Shown here: positions 35,521 through 48,289 of the stretch, in pieces
How positions within the stretch are numbered: the first letter of the stretch is position 1
How the letters are laid out: each line of letters opens with the position of its first letter
NCBI GenBank assembly: GCA_028534125.1
Contig: CM052817.1
Span: 94,986,001-95,050,000, forward strand
Direction of reading: 5' to 3'
Origin: Lama glama
Taxonomy: Eukaryota
DNA length: 64,000 bases
The notes under the pieces: model-generated
What the model was told of the DNA's origin: nothing
Databases searched by the model: none
The model's input: only the letters and a program-made list of their open reading frames with translations
Translations under genes and position numbers: made by a program

Positions 35521-37584
35521 TAATAAAGAATAGAATTTTTGAGAAATGTGTTTTTATCTCTTGATATTGACAAAGCAAGAGAATTAATAAGAGTTCAAAA
35601 TCACTGCTAAAACTTTGATAAGAGAAAAACAGGAAACCAGACACTGTGATATCCCTTTGCTGTTAATTGCTTTGTCTTTACTCCCTCCCTGGTCACACAT
35701 AAAGTGTAATGTATTGTATGGAATAAAAGAAAAAATGCTCCTTGTCAATTCTGCTCACTTCGCATTCCTAAGACCACCAAGAGCAGGGGACACTGGGTGG
35801 CGATAGGGTAGGATTATAGAGCCCACCTGTCAGGGACATAAGCTTATTCCTCCCACCTGCAATTCCTTAACTTTCACCAGCAGACGGGGCCAATTCCTGG
35901 AATAGCAGGCAGATAATAAGGCCATGTCTACCTTTCAATAATAACAGTTCTCAAAGTATATGTACAATCTGCCTACAGATCCGTAGCTAAATGCCCAGTT
36001 GCCTTCTGTGTTAGTCTTTTCCTAGGGTCCACTTTTAGAAGCCGAGAACAGGGCAGCTGTTAGTTTCTATGTGCCTTTATGCCAAAGAGGGAAAAAAGGT
36101 GTCTCCTCTAGGTGGACAAATTAGAAAAAACACCATTAAAAGAAAAATGCCCCTACTTCCCATCTGGCGAATTAGTAAAAGATGGCCCTGTGGGAGAGCA
36201 CATGGCTTAACTGAAGAAAGTACCTTTGTGGGATGAAAAAAAAAAAAAATGCACCCCTGGCTCCCGGCGAATGCAACCCTCAGCCATGGTTCCAGCTTGG
36301 CAAGTGCAACGTGGTTTGACTGCAGCCTCCACTCACCTCCTGGACCAGGTGCCTTTGTTCAGGGCACAAAAACACAATTATGAGTGACAGCCCTGCGTTT
36401 GACATTAAGCATGGGATGCAAAAATCTCATGTTAAAACTTGTCCAAATGAATATTTTCTCCCAATAAATTTCATTCTCAGCTTCTGCAGACCAGTGTTGA
36501 GTGGTTTAATTAAACTCTGCACCGATGCGAGCCGGTCACTTGCATCCATTCTCTATTGAGAAAGGAGCCTTAGGTAACTTAGTGGTGTGAGCACAATAAG
36601 GCCTTTCTCTTCCATGGAGGTAATATGTCATGTTTAGTGCCCTCTAATGGAGTTATTTATACACTTCCTTAATGCAGAAACAAGCTGGTGAACTGGGGTT
36701 TGCAGATTTTCTTTTCTTTTTTTTTTTTTCCGTCTCTTTTTCATTATCGTTTTGCATTTTCTTTTCCTTTCTGGTTCCATCCTCCACATTCAGATCTTTA
36801 CCTTTTCTTGTCAGTTGCCAGTAACAGTATAGTTGAAAATGTTTGCAGGATTCTCTCCAGACACCTGCTGTCAAGGACCACGTGTAGGAGGCTTGTCCAG
36901 TAAACGGCCTCTCATTAGAGAGATTTGCCATATGCTATTATAAAGAAGTCATTCTTCAACCCTTTGCTTCACACAGCATCATATCCAGCCGTGCAAATGT
37001 ACAGATTATTTGATGTTTCACAACACTCAGAAATGGAGTTTTAACAAAAAATGATCAACAAACTAAGACTATTTATTTTTGGGAGAAGCCAGTGTCAAAG
37101 CATTGCAGCAGCCTGAACTGTAATGTGAGTTCTAATTTTTCACATTTGAACAGTATCCACTCTGGCGATGTGTGTGTTCAAAGTGTAGAAAGAGTGGCTG
37201 GTGACTTGTTTTTCTTAAAATCTACCTACTCACAGTAGAGGCAGTCATGAATAATCTAGGGCCACTCATCAGAAGCCACACAAAGTACATAAAATGGAAA
37301 ATAAAAATAAATAAATCAATGCTTGAAAAACCTACTCAGTTCTCAGGTTTATCAGTGTAATGTGAAAATTTAGGTTTTAAATAATACTTTTTTGGGGGAA
37401 AAACTTTATTAAAATTAAAGAAATTAATCTATTCACCTATCAGATGAGAATCAGTGTGGCTGGTTATTTCATTGTAACCACATTGAGTTTATACGGCTTT
37501 AATAAAAATGGTTATAAATTTTCCCTCCTGCACTGTGATCCTCTTGAGGATTCTAAGAGCAACTTATGCAGGGATGACCACTCT

Positions 37585-38120
37585 CCACAGCTTGTCCTTC
37601 TCAACTTTATTTGGTGTGAAGAGAAAAAGAAGGATGTTTTCAGTTAAAAGCGACAGAGATCTCAAATCAGACTAGCCAGAATACTTAAAAGTAGAAATTA
37701 TTTCATCGATTGAAAAGTCCAGAAGACAGGAGGGCTATAAGATGCATTAAGTCAGTGGCTAATGCTGTTATCAGTCCTCCCCTTCTCCCTACTGTTGTTG
37801 GCTTTATTCTCAGGCTGGTTACAAGATGACTTTGGCAGTTTCAGAGCTCACACCCTAACAAGATACAGATGATGGAGTTTTGCCTTCTGTGGGTCTCTCT
37901 TAGGAGAAAATGTGTCCTAGAGGCTCCCCCAGAAGCATCTACATCTCATTCCTAAGCCACTACTGGCAAAAGGAATGGAATGACCCTTCAGCAGAGCAGA
38001 CCCACTGCTGGAGTACCCCTAGGTGCATGACTCCACAGTGCGGGGGCAATACTCTCACAAAATTGGGTTTTTGATAAAAAAGAAGGAAGAAGATGGATGC
38101 TGAATAAGAAACCAATACAA
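37585..38120 (-). mobile_element. Old MaLR LTR (MLT1K/L-like)
   Basis: ttttcagttaaaagcgacagagatctcaaatcagactagc, gttggctttattctcaggctgg...aagatgac, cctaagccactactggcaaaaggaatggaatgacc. Confidence 0.6.
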
Positions 38121-38388
38121 TCCTCTCTGATAGCTAAATCTGCAAGTAGCTTAATTAATGTTAGTAAAAGTGCCTCTAAAACTGCTACTGAAATCCTGAT
38201 CATAAAAACAAGAAGCTCTTTTTAACTCAAGGGATTGTCCAGGTTCTTCATGAGGTTTAATATTAAAAAGGGGAAAAAAAAGAAAAAGAAAAGAAAAGTC
38301 TCAGGAACGTACTTATTGAGCCCTTTCAACCTCAAAACCAAGAAATTTCTCACTCACTATCTTTTGAGTTGATATCTTGGCTCCTTTT

Positions 38389-38699
38389 ATTTATTTATTT
38401 TTAATTTTTAAAAATTATTTTACTTTTATTGAGGTATAGTCAGTTTACAATATTGTGTTAGTTTTTGGTATGCAGCATGGTGTATTCAGTTTATATATAT
38501 ATATATATATGTTCTTTTTCATATTCTTTTTCATTATAGGTTATTATGAGATTTTTTATTGAGTTATAGTGGGTTTACAATGTGTCAGTTTCTGGTGTTC
38601 AGCACAATTTTTCGGTCATACATGAATATACATATATTCGTTTTCATATTCCTTTTCCCCGTGAGCTATTATAAGATCTTGAATATGTTTCCCTGTGCT
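38389..38699 (-). mobile_element. Two L1 3' tails in tandem/nested within one 14-bp TSD
   Basis: TSD tcttggctcctttt 38375-38388 / 38700-38713. Two T-rich L1 3' ends start at ~38389 and ~38552. Confidence 0.85.
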
Positions 38700-38899
38700 T
38701 CTTGGCTCCTTTTCATTGCCGGCTACTCACCACAGAGAAAGCTAGGTAGATTTATGGTCAATATGAAGACTTACTGAGAGTCTAAAAAATTATGGATCTT
38801 CTCAAAAGATAAGGGAAACATTTCCAGCTTACTGGCATCTACAATTTTTTTCTAACGTTACATCGACCACCCCATGTGTAAGGATTCAACAAGTTTAAC

Positions 38900-39060
38900 A
38901 CCTTGCTATTCAAAATATATTCCTTGGACCAGTAGCATCAGTGTCATCTGGGATCTTGTTTGAAATGCGAAATCTCAGGCCCATTCCAAACCTACAGAAT
39001 CTACATTTTAACAAGATTCCTAAGAGATTCATAAGCACATTAAAGTTTGAGAAGCACTAC
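38900..39060. mobile_element. MER5-like hAT MITE
   Basis: ccttggaccagtagcatcagtgtcatctgggatcttgtttgaaatgc ... aagcacattaaagtttgagaagcact. Confidence 0.85.
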
Positions 39061-39264
39061 TATAAGGTATATACAGACACTCCCTTGGTTCCTGGTGCCT
39101 AGAAGATATACACACAGAACATGAAATTTAGGAACTACAGTGTACTATAACCCATGTCTCTTTAGCTTTGAACTTGAGGAACAAAGAAATGAGTATTATG
39201 GACTCAGAAAATAAAATTCTTGCTCATCTCTTATCTCTGTTCCATTAATCCAAATACCAATATT

Positions 39265-39372
39265 TGGGGGGTGGGTATAGCTCAGTGATAAAGTGCATGC
39301 TTAGCATGCACAAGATCCTGAGTTCAATCTCCAATACCGCCATTTAAAAACAAAAACTAAAACTAAACAAAT
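39265..39372 (+). mobile_element. tRNA-derived SINE (Vic-1-like)
   Basis: ggggggtgggtatagctcagtgataaagtgcatgcttagcatgcacaagatcctgagttcaatctcc. Degenerate TSD aaataccaatatt / aaatatcaagatt. Confidence 0.9.
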
Positions 39373-40427
39373 AAATATCAAGATTCCATTTAAACTCATT
39401 GACTTATCTGAAGGATGCTGGAAAATTGTGTGATCTGTTCTTCCAATCACATAACAATCTGAAAATTCGGACATGGGTTTAATGGCACACAGTGGGAAGA
39501 CTCAAGATCAGAACTTGCTTGGAGTCATTTATATAAATGCTGGCACTATTTCCACCAAATACGGGCTCAGGGCAAGATGGAAGCCAACACATGGCTGGTG
39601 CCCAGTAACTACCCTCGTGTTAAATTTTTAAAGTGATAATAAGGCTAAAGTTACAGACTGAAGTTTGTTCCTATGGTTTGATCATTTGGACAAGCACAGT
39701 ATGTTCAGAGGCTTATCTACCCCACAGTTAGCACACTCCCCTTCTTGGCATTTCTCTCATTTCCTCGAAAAGCCTTTTCTAGAGAAACTTTAGATCAGAA
39801 GCCAAAGAAAATTCAGCTCAATTTGCCCTGCTCCCCATGGAGCTCCCAATGACTGAAGGCTTTCATTCCCTGCTCTCCCACATTAATCCTGGCTGTGCGT
39901 TCGCCACCATCAGTGTTTCCGTAGGTTTCACGGTGAGAAAGCAGTGGCTTTGCTGGACTCGTCTAGACTACGTTAGCAGGCTGCTGCTTCATTTTCCTGG
40001 GCATTTGTTTTGCTTTTCTTTGTTGTTGTTGTTTTGTTTTACTGCATTCTCTTGATGAAAAATATAACCAAAGATGCATAAAGGTATGTTCAAATCTGTA
40101 AGTGTAAGATCTACAAATATACAGACCCTAACACCTTACCTCCCCATCTCTGCCCTTTACCTGTTTTTTCTCAACTTTTCCTCCCATGCCCATGGCTTTT
40201 ATAATATTTCATTTTTGTCCTACTCTCACTCCTATCCCTACTACCTTTCCTCTGAACAGATGATCTTGTCTCTTGCTTCACAGAGACATTTGAGGCTTCT
40301 AGGTAGGAAATCTTCTGGCTCTGACCCATCAACTCCAATTTCTACACATCTCTATTTAACTTCCTTTCTCCAGGCTCTTCATATTCCATTTGCAGACTCA
40401 TTCTTTTACCTCCACTCCTGATCCCTC

Positions 40428-40920
40428 TGTAGTAGGTTGAATGGCAGTCCCTAAAAAGACAAGTCCACGTCCTAATCCTTGGAAGCGTGAATGTTACCTT
40501 ATATGGAAAAAAGGGCTTTCAAAGATGTGATTGATTTAAGGATCTTGAGATGAGGGAATCATCCTCCATTATCCAGGTGGGCCCTAAATTCAAAAACAAT
40601 TGCCCTTGTAAGAGAAAGGGAGAGGGAGATGTGAAACAAACAGAAGGGAAGACACCAGCACATAGAGGAGAAGGCGACGTGAGGATGGTGGCAAAGACCA
40701 GAGTGATGACGCCACAGTCAAGAAATGTCGAGGAAAGTCAGCAACCACCAGAACCTAGAAGAGACAATGCAGGGCTCTCCGCAAGCTCGGGAGAGAGGCA
40801 GCCCTGCTGCTACCTTGATTTCAGAATTCTGGCTTCCAGAACTATGAAAGAATAAAGTTCTGTTATTTTAAGCCACCAAGCTTTTGGTAATTGGTTACAG
40901 CAACCATACAACCTAATATA
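40428..40920 (+). mobile_element. MaLR solo LTR (MLT1D-like)
   Basis: tgtagtaggttgaatggc...gaatgttaccttatatggaaaa, ttttaagccaccaag...gttacagcaacc. TSD ccctc / ccttc. Confidence 0.9.
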
Positions 40921-40929
40921 CCTTCTTTG

Positions 40930-41465
40930 CCAGAGGAAGATCTTGCTGCTACAATCAAACATCTCTACCTACAATGCCACTGAAACGCTCTTGCAAAAGG
41001 CACCTGTGTCCTCAAAGCTGCTAAAGCCAATAGACACTTTTCAGCTTTCATCTTATTTGACCTCGTTGTATCTGATACACCTGATTCCTCCCTTCGTGGA
41101 CTATATCGTTTTCTTAAATTCTAAAGTGCAACTCTCTCCTAATTCTCCTTTTCTTCTCCTTTCCTTCTTCAACTCCTCTGTTGCTCCTGCTTTCCTATCA
41201 TATAAACATTGCTAATTCCCAAAGTTCTTTCTACTTACGACCTTCTTCTCATTTATATGCTCTCTGGATAACTTCATCTTCTCCTCTGGCTTTAACTACC
41301 ACCCATATTGATGAAAATCTAATCAATTTCTTGATACGATTCCTTTTCTGGGGCTCAAACTACATGTAGCTGATTGCTTACTGGCTATATGTGAAGGGGT
41401 ATCTACCTTAATATCCCATCAACACCTGAAATTTAATATTCCCCAAATTAAACTCATGGATTCCA
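40930..41465. mobile_element. L2 LINE fragment (continues on the other side of the MLT1D, ~40130-40420)
   Basis: Pyrimidine-rich L2 motifs (tcttatttgacctc, ctggctttaactaccaccc, cacctgaaatttaatattccccaaattaaactc). Confidence 0.7.
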
Positions 41466-41496
41466 CCATCAGAAATGGGTAGAAATGGGAGTTACC

Positions 41497-41935
41497 ACTG
41501 GGAGGCAATTCTCCATGGCATTTTTACTACACATCTCAGATTATCTTTTCAAGGTTATTAGTACAGCAAATAACCTTGGAAGATAAAAGGCAGCATTTCT
41601 CTCTGGGTCCGAAGGCAAATAGGCTTCCTAACCAGGAAAATAATTTCTCTTTCCTGGGCAAAGACTGGGCAGCTTTGCTAGCAGTGCCTTTAAGATTGGA
41701 GTGTTCCTTTGTGCAGAGTTCCTCATCTCTGACAGACCACTGTATGCTTGGCATTCACCGAGTCTGCTCCACATTGTCCGGAAGACTTGGGGAATGAGAA
41801 GAATTGATGAAAAGTTGAAGCTTGTACTGCCTGCTGTGCTATGAGCAGCAACTGTCTAACTCTGGTTCACTGTTTCCTTATCAAGTGCATGTATGGAAAT
41901 GTGGCCAGCCAGTCTGCAGCAGCAGTAGTCTCTGA
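41497..41935 (+). mobile_element. LTR40-like ERVL solo LTR
   Basis: tgggaggcaattctccatgg ... ttatcttttcaagg...accttggaagata, tgcctgctgtgctatgag. Confidence 0.72.
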
Positions 41936-42349
41936 CGTCTAGAGACTGCTTGGCCACATGATAGCTATTCACCTAGACAGGGAAGGAGGGAGGAGATGGC
42001 CAAGATATTGAATAAAAAGTTTGGCATTGGGTCAGTAGAGGGCTAGAGCTGGACATGTTTGAGCGGACTAAAAGTCTGAGGACCTCAACTGGAGGCTGAC
42101 CAAGAGCAGAGGTAGCAGACTCAATGGATCTTTGAGTACTTCAATCATTGAGGAAGTCATTCATTCTTTCTTAAAAGACACAATAGAAATCTGCCTGCAG
42201 GGTGTGAACCAGAGGCCCAACTCACATCCACCAGACTCCACCGCTGCCACAGTGGAGGAGGCTCCCATTATCAAATAAGGTGTACTGCTTGTGTCGGGCA
42301 TAGGTAAATACCCAGGATCAACCAACAAATAAACAAAAATGATCTTCCT

Positions 42350-43170
42350 CTTATATTCAGTTAAAGCACTACTTGCCATTCCCCAAGTCAAAAATGCAGA
42401 ATCGTTTTAAACTCTTCTCTTCCTTCTATCTTCTTTCCTAATCTCCCACATCACGCTATTGACCAAGACCTGTCAATTCTATCTCCATAACATCTCTCAC
42501 TTAGGTCCCTTCATTGATCTTACCTTGATGGCTTTAGTTCAAGCTGTCATCACTTCATACCAGGACTCTTGTTACAGTTACCTAACCCATCTCTCTGCCT
42601 CAAGTTTTGTTTTCTTTCATTCATTATCCACTTTGTGGCTACACTGATCACATCAGTCCCCTGCCTAAAACTCTTTGGGGGTTCCTGACTGCCTACAAGA
42701 AAAACTCAGTGCTGAAATGTGATATACAAAGCTCAACACAATCTGGCTTCTACCTGTATCTCTAACTGTATCTCTCTCCCTTCCTACTGCATCTCTAAGT
42801 CATACTGAAACATCTCCCAAGCCTGTTCACACTCCACGCCTTTGCTCATGCTGCTTCCTCTGTCCAGGATGCCCTTCCTCTTCCTGGTGAACAGTTCACT
42901 TAGCTTCAGGGAATTCTTCAAATGTCACCTCCTCTATGAAGTTTTCTTGACACTTTCCCCCCCATGTGTTGGGGCCTTAACTGTATACTGTACACAGTTC
43001 AATCCTAGCATTGATGGACTTTATTATATTTATGAGTTTCCATGTTTATCCACCCCACTAGGTCATTGGATAATGAAAGAAAGAATCTGCCTTCTTTCAG
43101 TACCTTGTACAGTTCTGAACACAGAGGAAACATTCAAAACGATGCTTCCTAAATAATGAATGAATGAGTG
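42350..43170. mobile_element. L2 LINE 3' region
   Basis: accaagacctgtcaattctatctccataacatctctc, ctttgctcatgctgcttcctctg, tcaaatgtcacctcctctatgaag, ends aatgaatgaatga. Confidence 0.85.
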
Positions 43171-46100
43171 GATAAAAACGTGAATTCTCTTTGCTGCCTT
43201 AGAGTCCCACTGGGTGTGCCAAAGTGGAACAGAATGAACATGGCACCTCTTCCTACTGCACCAGATTTACACAATGGGAAGTCATTTAAAACATTTTAAA
43301 TTAAAGTAAGCAAGGACTTGTTATGAATCATAGTATAAACGTTGCATTAATATGGAAGGTGAAGTGTTCAGAGAAATTCTTAATATGATTTGAATCACTT
43401 TGAGCTAAGGCCTGGACTTCTCCAGGGCAGAAAAATTTAGAGTTCACGTTCTCTATCATGGAGGATACTTTAGTGTAGAAGTTCCTGAAAACATGTTAGA
43501 GGATTGTGTTAATTGCAAGTAATCAAATAGAATTCACAATACAGATATTAACCAGCTGTGAGGAAGGAAGTCTGCAGAAGAGGGGTGCATCACCTAAGCC
43601 AGCAATACAGGAAGTTCTGGATCTATACCCAAAATATATTCTGAGACAATTCTTCACAAAAAAAAAAAAAGATTTGCCATAGAATTCTTTCAAATATCAA
43701 ATTCTATGGCATTGAAAATCCAACTCAAATTATAACCATATGATCCCCTAACTATTCTTAAATACTAACAGCTTTATATTCCTGGGTTCCAGGTCAAGTT
43801 TAGATAGTCAGTGATGACAATTCAGAGACCTAAGTTTGTCCTGGGGACATGGGCTTTGCCTGCACCCTTGCTTCTAAGCTGTAGATAATTATCATACAAA
43901 CTAAGGAAGAAGTTGACCCCTATAGTTTCTGAAAATCCTGAGTTGAAATAGAGACTAGGTAAATGTTTTAAATAGTTGATCATATTTGTACAGCATGAAA
44001 TACTTTTAAGAAAAAATGACTAAGGTTCATCTACTCCAGAAACTTTTTTAAAGCTCTTTTTACTGGAAGAAAAAATTGTCAAAACAACTTTAGCTCCATT
44101 AGAGCAACTAATGCCTCCTTAGGATCCATTTAGAGATAAATTTATGTGTGTATGTGCATATGTTTCATGTGTGTGTCAGTAATTACATACATCTAGCAAG
44201 TGACATCGCTGCTTTATGACACTTCTCAAACCATCAGTAAGTAACTAAGTGGTCGCAAGAGTTAGAAAACAAAAGCAACCCAAAAACAGAGGGTGGAGGC
44301 AGCTGAAAAACTATAAGTTGCTCAAAAGACTATCTTGGGTCAGTGAAAGGGAAAATCTGAGAACATTTGCTTAAAAGTGGGGTGGGGGGAATAGAGGGAA
44401 ACAGAGCTCGCAACTTGAGAGCTCAGTTTGTGCCCAATCTCTTTGTGTGGGATGTTTTCATTCCAACACGTACCTCCCAGGACAAGCACAACAGTCATCC
44501 CTACATCATGTTTATCTTCTGAGGATAATACGTAGCCAACATAGCCTTCCTTGAGACATGCGGGTCAGGGAGAAGCACAGTGTGTATCTCCCATCCTGCA
44601 GGTCCAAAATGTTTATACGGATAACATCTAGTGAAAACGAAGAGTGATGGCCACCTTGCTGGGAATAGAAAGGGTGCAGATATAACCAAAGAACATGTGA
44701 CTTGGGGAATGTGGAAGGAGGAAAGGGACTTTATAACCGCTTGCAAATTGTATTGTTCATTCTCTTTTTCACTGGGTAGTAGGCACCACCTCCTTCGCCT
44801 GCTGTCATTACCTCACTGGGAAAATTCTGGCATCTGGTTCTCAGAACATCAGCATATGAACCCACCAAATAACAAGTCTCTGTTGTAGCAACACCAGAAA
44901 CTATTTTTTGTGGCAAATACGGCAGATGAAGGGCCCCTCAGGTTTCTCTTCCTGTTCCATTCTACATCTTTGGGTAACACAATCTGTTGTAATCTGACAG
45001 ATGCCTGTAGAGTATGCAGTGTTTTCTTTGAAAAAGAGCATTGAAATACCCGGAATAACGATCTTCTGTGGATTGCCTGACCTTTTTTTTTAATCTTTCA
45101 AATTCATTTCCATGTATTTCAAAGCCAAAAAGAAGGGAAACATTATTACTATTATGCTCTCCCTTACAGGAAAGACAAAGTACTGGTAGAAACCTCCATC
45201 CCCAGTCACTAGGTGTTTAGAGCAGCCCTGCTGTGGTCTTCTGGAAATCCTCTCCATGTGGTAGGTATTTGAAACTGTAAGGTGTAAGTACTGGAGAAAA
45301 CCCAGCTCTTTTCTCAGTGAAATGACCTGTTATTCTGTGAAAAGAAAGGAGGTGTTTCTCTGAGACCACCATTACACCTGCTATGCTTTGCTGAAATTCA
45401 AACCACCCCCTCCTCCACCTCTCCACTGCTCACACCTGGGAGCTGGCTAGTGAAAACACGATTGGGCAGGGTGTGGGGGAAGGGTTAAAATAGAACCATC
45501 TTGGTTCCTGGGTAAATAATTCTTGCCCATATCCATGGTTTTCGGTGTGTCATTGAATTGAGTTCTAACTACGTGGTAAAAGTATACTAACACTTGTGCT
45601 TTAATTTACACACACCAAAAAAATTTTTTTAAAAAGATATTTGGCAAGGCATTTTGTTTTTAACATTAGTGCAGTGCAGCCTAACAGTGTTCTTACTGTA
45701 GTCCTGCCCGAAAGTGATCACTTTTCTGTACTTTTCCTATGACAAATTTATTTTCCCTATATGCTTTTGTTGGCTAGCAGCTCTGGCATGACTTGACTGA
45801 CAATGAGCCAGAAGATCTGAGTTTGGGGAAAATGCACGGCTCTCAAGGCTTTGGCACATGGTCGATAAGTGCAGAGCAAATGCTCTGCGTTCAAGCAGAG
45901 CCCTGTGAGTTGGCCTCATCAGCTCACCAAGGACAACACAGACATCAGATGGAAAACGATACACCCCACAACCTTAGGGACAGGAATCCAGGTTTTAAAA
46001 ATTAGCTTTCCGATATTAAAACAATTAAACAATCGCTGAGGCCTCCATCGGCTTTATTAACTAAGCGATAGGTCATGTGGTACTGGTTTTCCTGAGTTCA

Positions 46101-47629
46101 CATAGTTGCTGTCCTATACGAGGGTTGACAGTGGTCCCCTCTGATGGTCTGCCTTTTCTCTAAGAAATAGGAGGGGAGGCAATCAGCTCAGAGTGAGGAC
46201 AGAAGTGGCAAGGGTTGAAAGAGATTATTCTAAACCATGGATTATGAAGGCATTTCAGCAGCAAATTCTTCAGAGAAGAACGCATGTGTAATCTGCAGTG
46301 ACGATCTGGCTAGGTAAAGTATTAGCATTTGAAATTTATCTTTTAACCTAATACGCTAGCATTTAATTATACGCAATACACAAAGACTTAAATACTACAT
46401 AGTCGATGCTATCAAGATGTGTTAGCATATACCTGGAAAAGAGATCCAAAGATTTCCAGTTTAACTGACAAAAGTGTGTGTGAGCCCACACACACACATA
46501 CACGAAGTGGGTTTTGTTTTGTTTTGTTTGTTTGTTTTCTTTATTCCCATTCTAACAAAAGCTGTCTTCATTAGAGCTCGAGTAGTTTCATGTAGCAGGG
46601 GAATGGGTCTGACACCTGGCATGGGATTAAGCCTATCACTAAACCAATAAGGAAGGCAATGATTTGTAACATTTTTCTGGACCACAACTGTCTGAGTGGT
46701 GCTAAACACTAAAACTCCTTCCCAGAATATTTTGTATATTCTTGATAAATTACACCCAGAGTCAGTTCAGTGCATTATGCTTGATTATTGACAGGTTCGC
46801 TGATTTACCACAAACCCTGCAGGTATATTGCTTGTTTTTGTTTCTCCTTATCTGAAAAGTGGTTGATAGTAGCTGCTGCCTATTTTGAGTGATCAATGTC
46901 TTGGTTTAATTTTTTCAAAATACTAGATAAAGATGAGCAAGACTAGTCTTTGCTTTCAACTTATAATGAACTGGTACAAAAATGATTCTGCCCATCTGCA
47001 AGCAAATATGAGGATTATTTACGATCTGTTATCTAATTCTTAATCCTCTTAGAGAACAGCGAGCATGGCCTGTCCAGTATATAACAAGATATGGTAGGAT
47101 GAAGACAGGAGTTCTAAAGCCAGAGAGTAGGAAAGAATGAGTTAGAAAATAAGAAATCAAAAAAGGAAAAATACCTAAGGAGAGAGCATAGCAATTGTGA
47201 ACAAATGAAAGAACATTCATTTCCTTAGGATGTAAACAGTGGTTATAGAGTACCTTCTTTTCTCACTAAGTTTGACTTAATTTAAAATATTGGTATAAAA
47301 TAGCATAATGTGGTGTTATTCCCACAGGGAACTAGGAGAGTAAATCAATGCCAACTTGAAAGTAGGGTCATTATGTCAGGAAGTCAGGCAACAGCTCTTT
47401 TGCTGATATTCCGTTAGAAAAACTATCTATGTCTCCATTAAGAAATGCTCACTCAAAAGTGATGTGGCAATTTTTAGATATTCCCATTACCGGTAGAAAC
47501 TTGGGAGGAAAAAACAAAGTCATGAGCTGCGGACACTGACTGTGTTTATATAAACCATGGGTGGTCTTCTAGTATATTCAGTGTATCTTCCTCAATGTAG
47601 TTCTGATGAAGGAGAACTTTCCATCTAGA

Positions 47630-48010
47630 CCGAACCATTTGCGTTTCCCCAGTCATGCCTTCATTCCACTCCTTTCACTTGGAATATCTTTCCCACTCTT
47701 CCCCCAGAATTATTTCTACTCCACCTTTAATTCTGAATTGAGACATCACTCTGTCTGGGAAGTCCTCCCTGGCACCACCTCGCCTGCATATTCCTATCAT
47801 GGTGTTCTCCCTTTTACCACTACATTTGGCATGTTGTAGTATAAATAACTGTTCACTTGTCTTCCTCCATCCCACTCCCCAAATCAGTCTGTCTGCTACT
47901 TGAAGGCAAGGTCCCTACTGTTTTCATCATTGTGTTCTTAATGTCTGACACAGAGTGAGTAATCAGTAATTGTTGGTTAACTAAATAGGTCAATGGGCAA
48001 TAAATAAACG
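47630..48010. mobile_element. L2 LINE 3' fragment
   Basis: catcactctgtctgggaagtcctccctg, ctacttgaaggcaagg...ttcatcattgtg...atgtctgacacagag. Confidence 0.7.
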
Positions 48011-48289
48011 AAAGAAGAATGGGAGGAATGGAAGATGTCTGGGAGAAAAGGTGCCTAACGATGCTTACTCATAAAGCATAACCATAAAGGTTTCCTGTGT
48101 CTGTAAGAGAAGCGCCCCTTCTCACCATCTGTGAGTTATAAAAAGGGCGTTTATTGACAGACATTGGCCATCCTCAGCATCCTCCATCTTCACAGAGTAG
48201 CACAGACTATCCAGTGTTCTTTGTAATTCAAGAATGATTCCACTCACTTACTCACTCACAAGCAACCAATGTGACTGTGTGGTAAAGAA

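Noticed and set aside
45929..45973. 45-bp minus-strand mini-exon (ccctaag| ... TTG|gtgagc)
   Set aside because: Weak pyrimidine tract and no recognisable peptide. Indistinguishable from a chance pseudo-exon.
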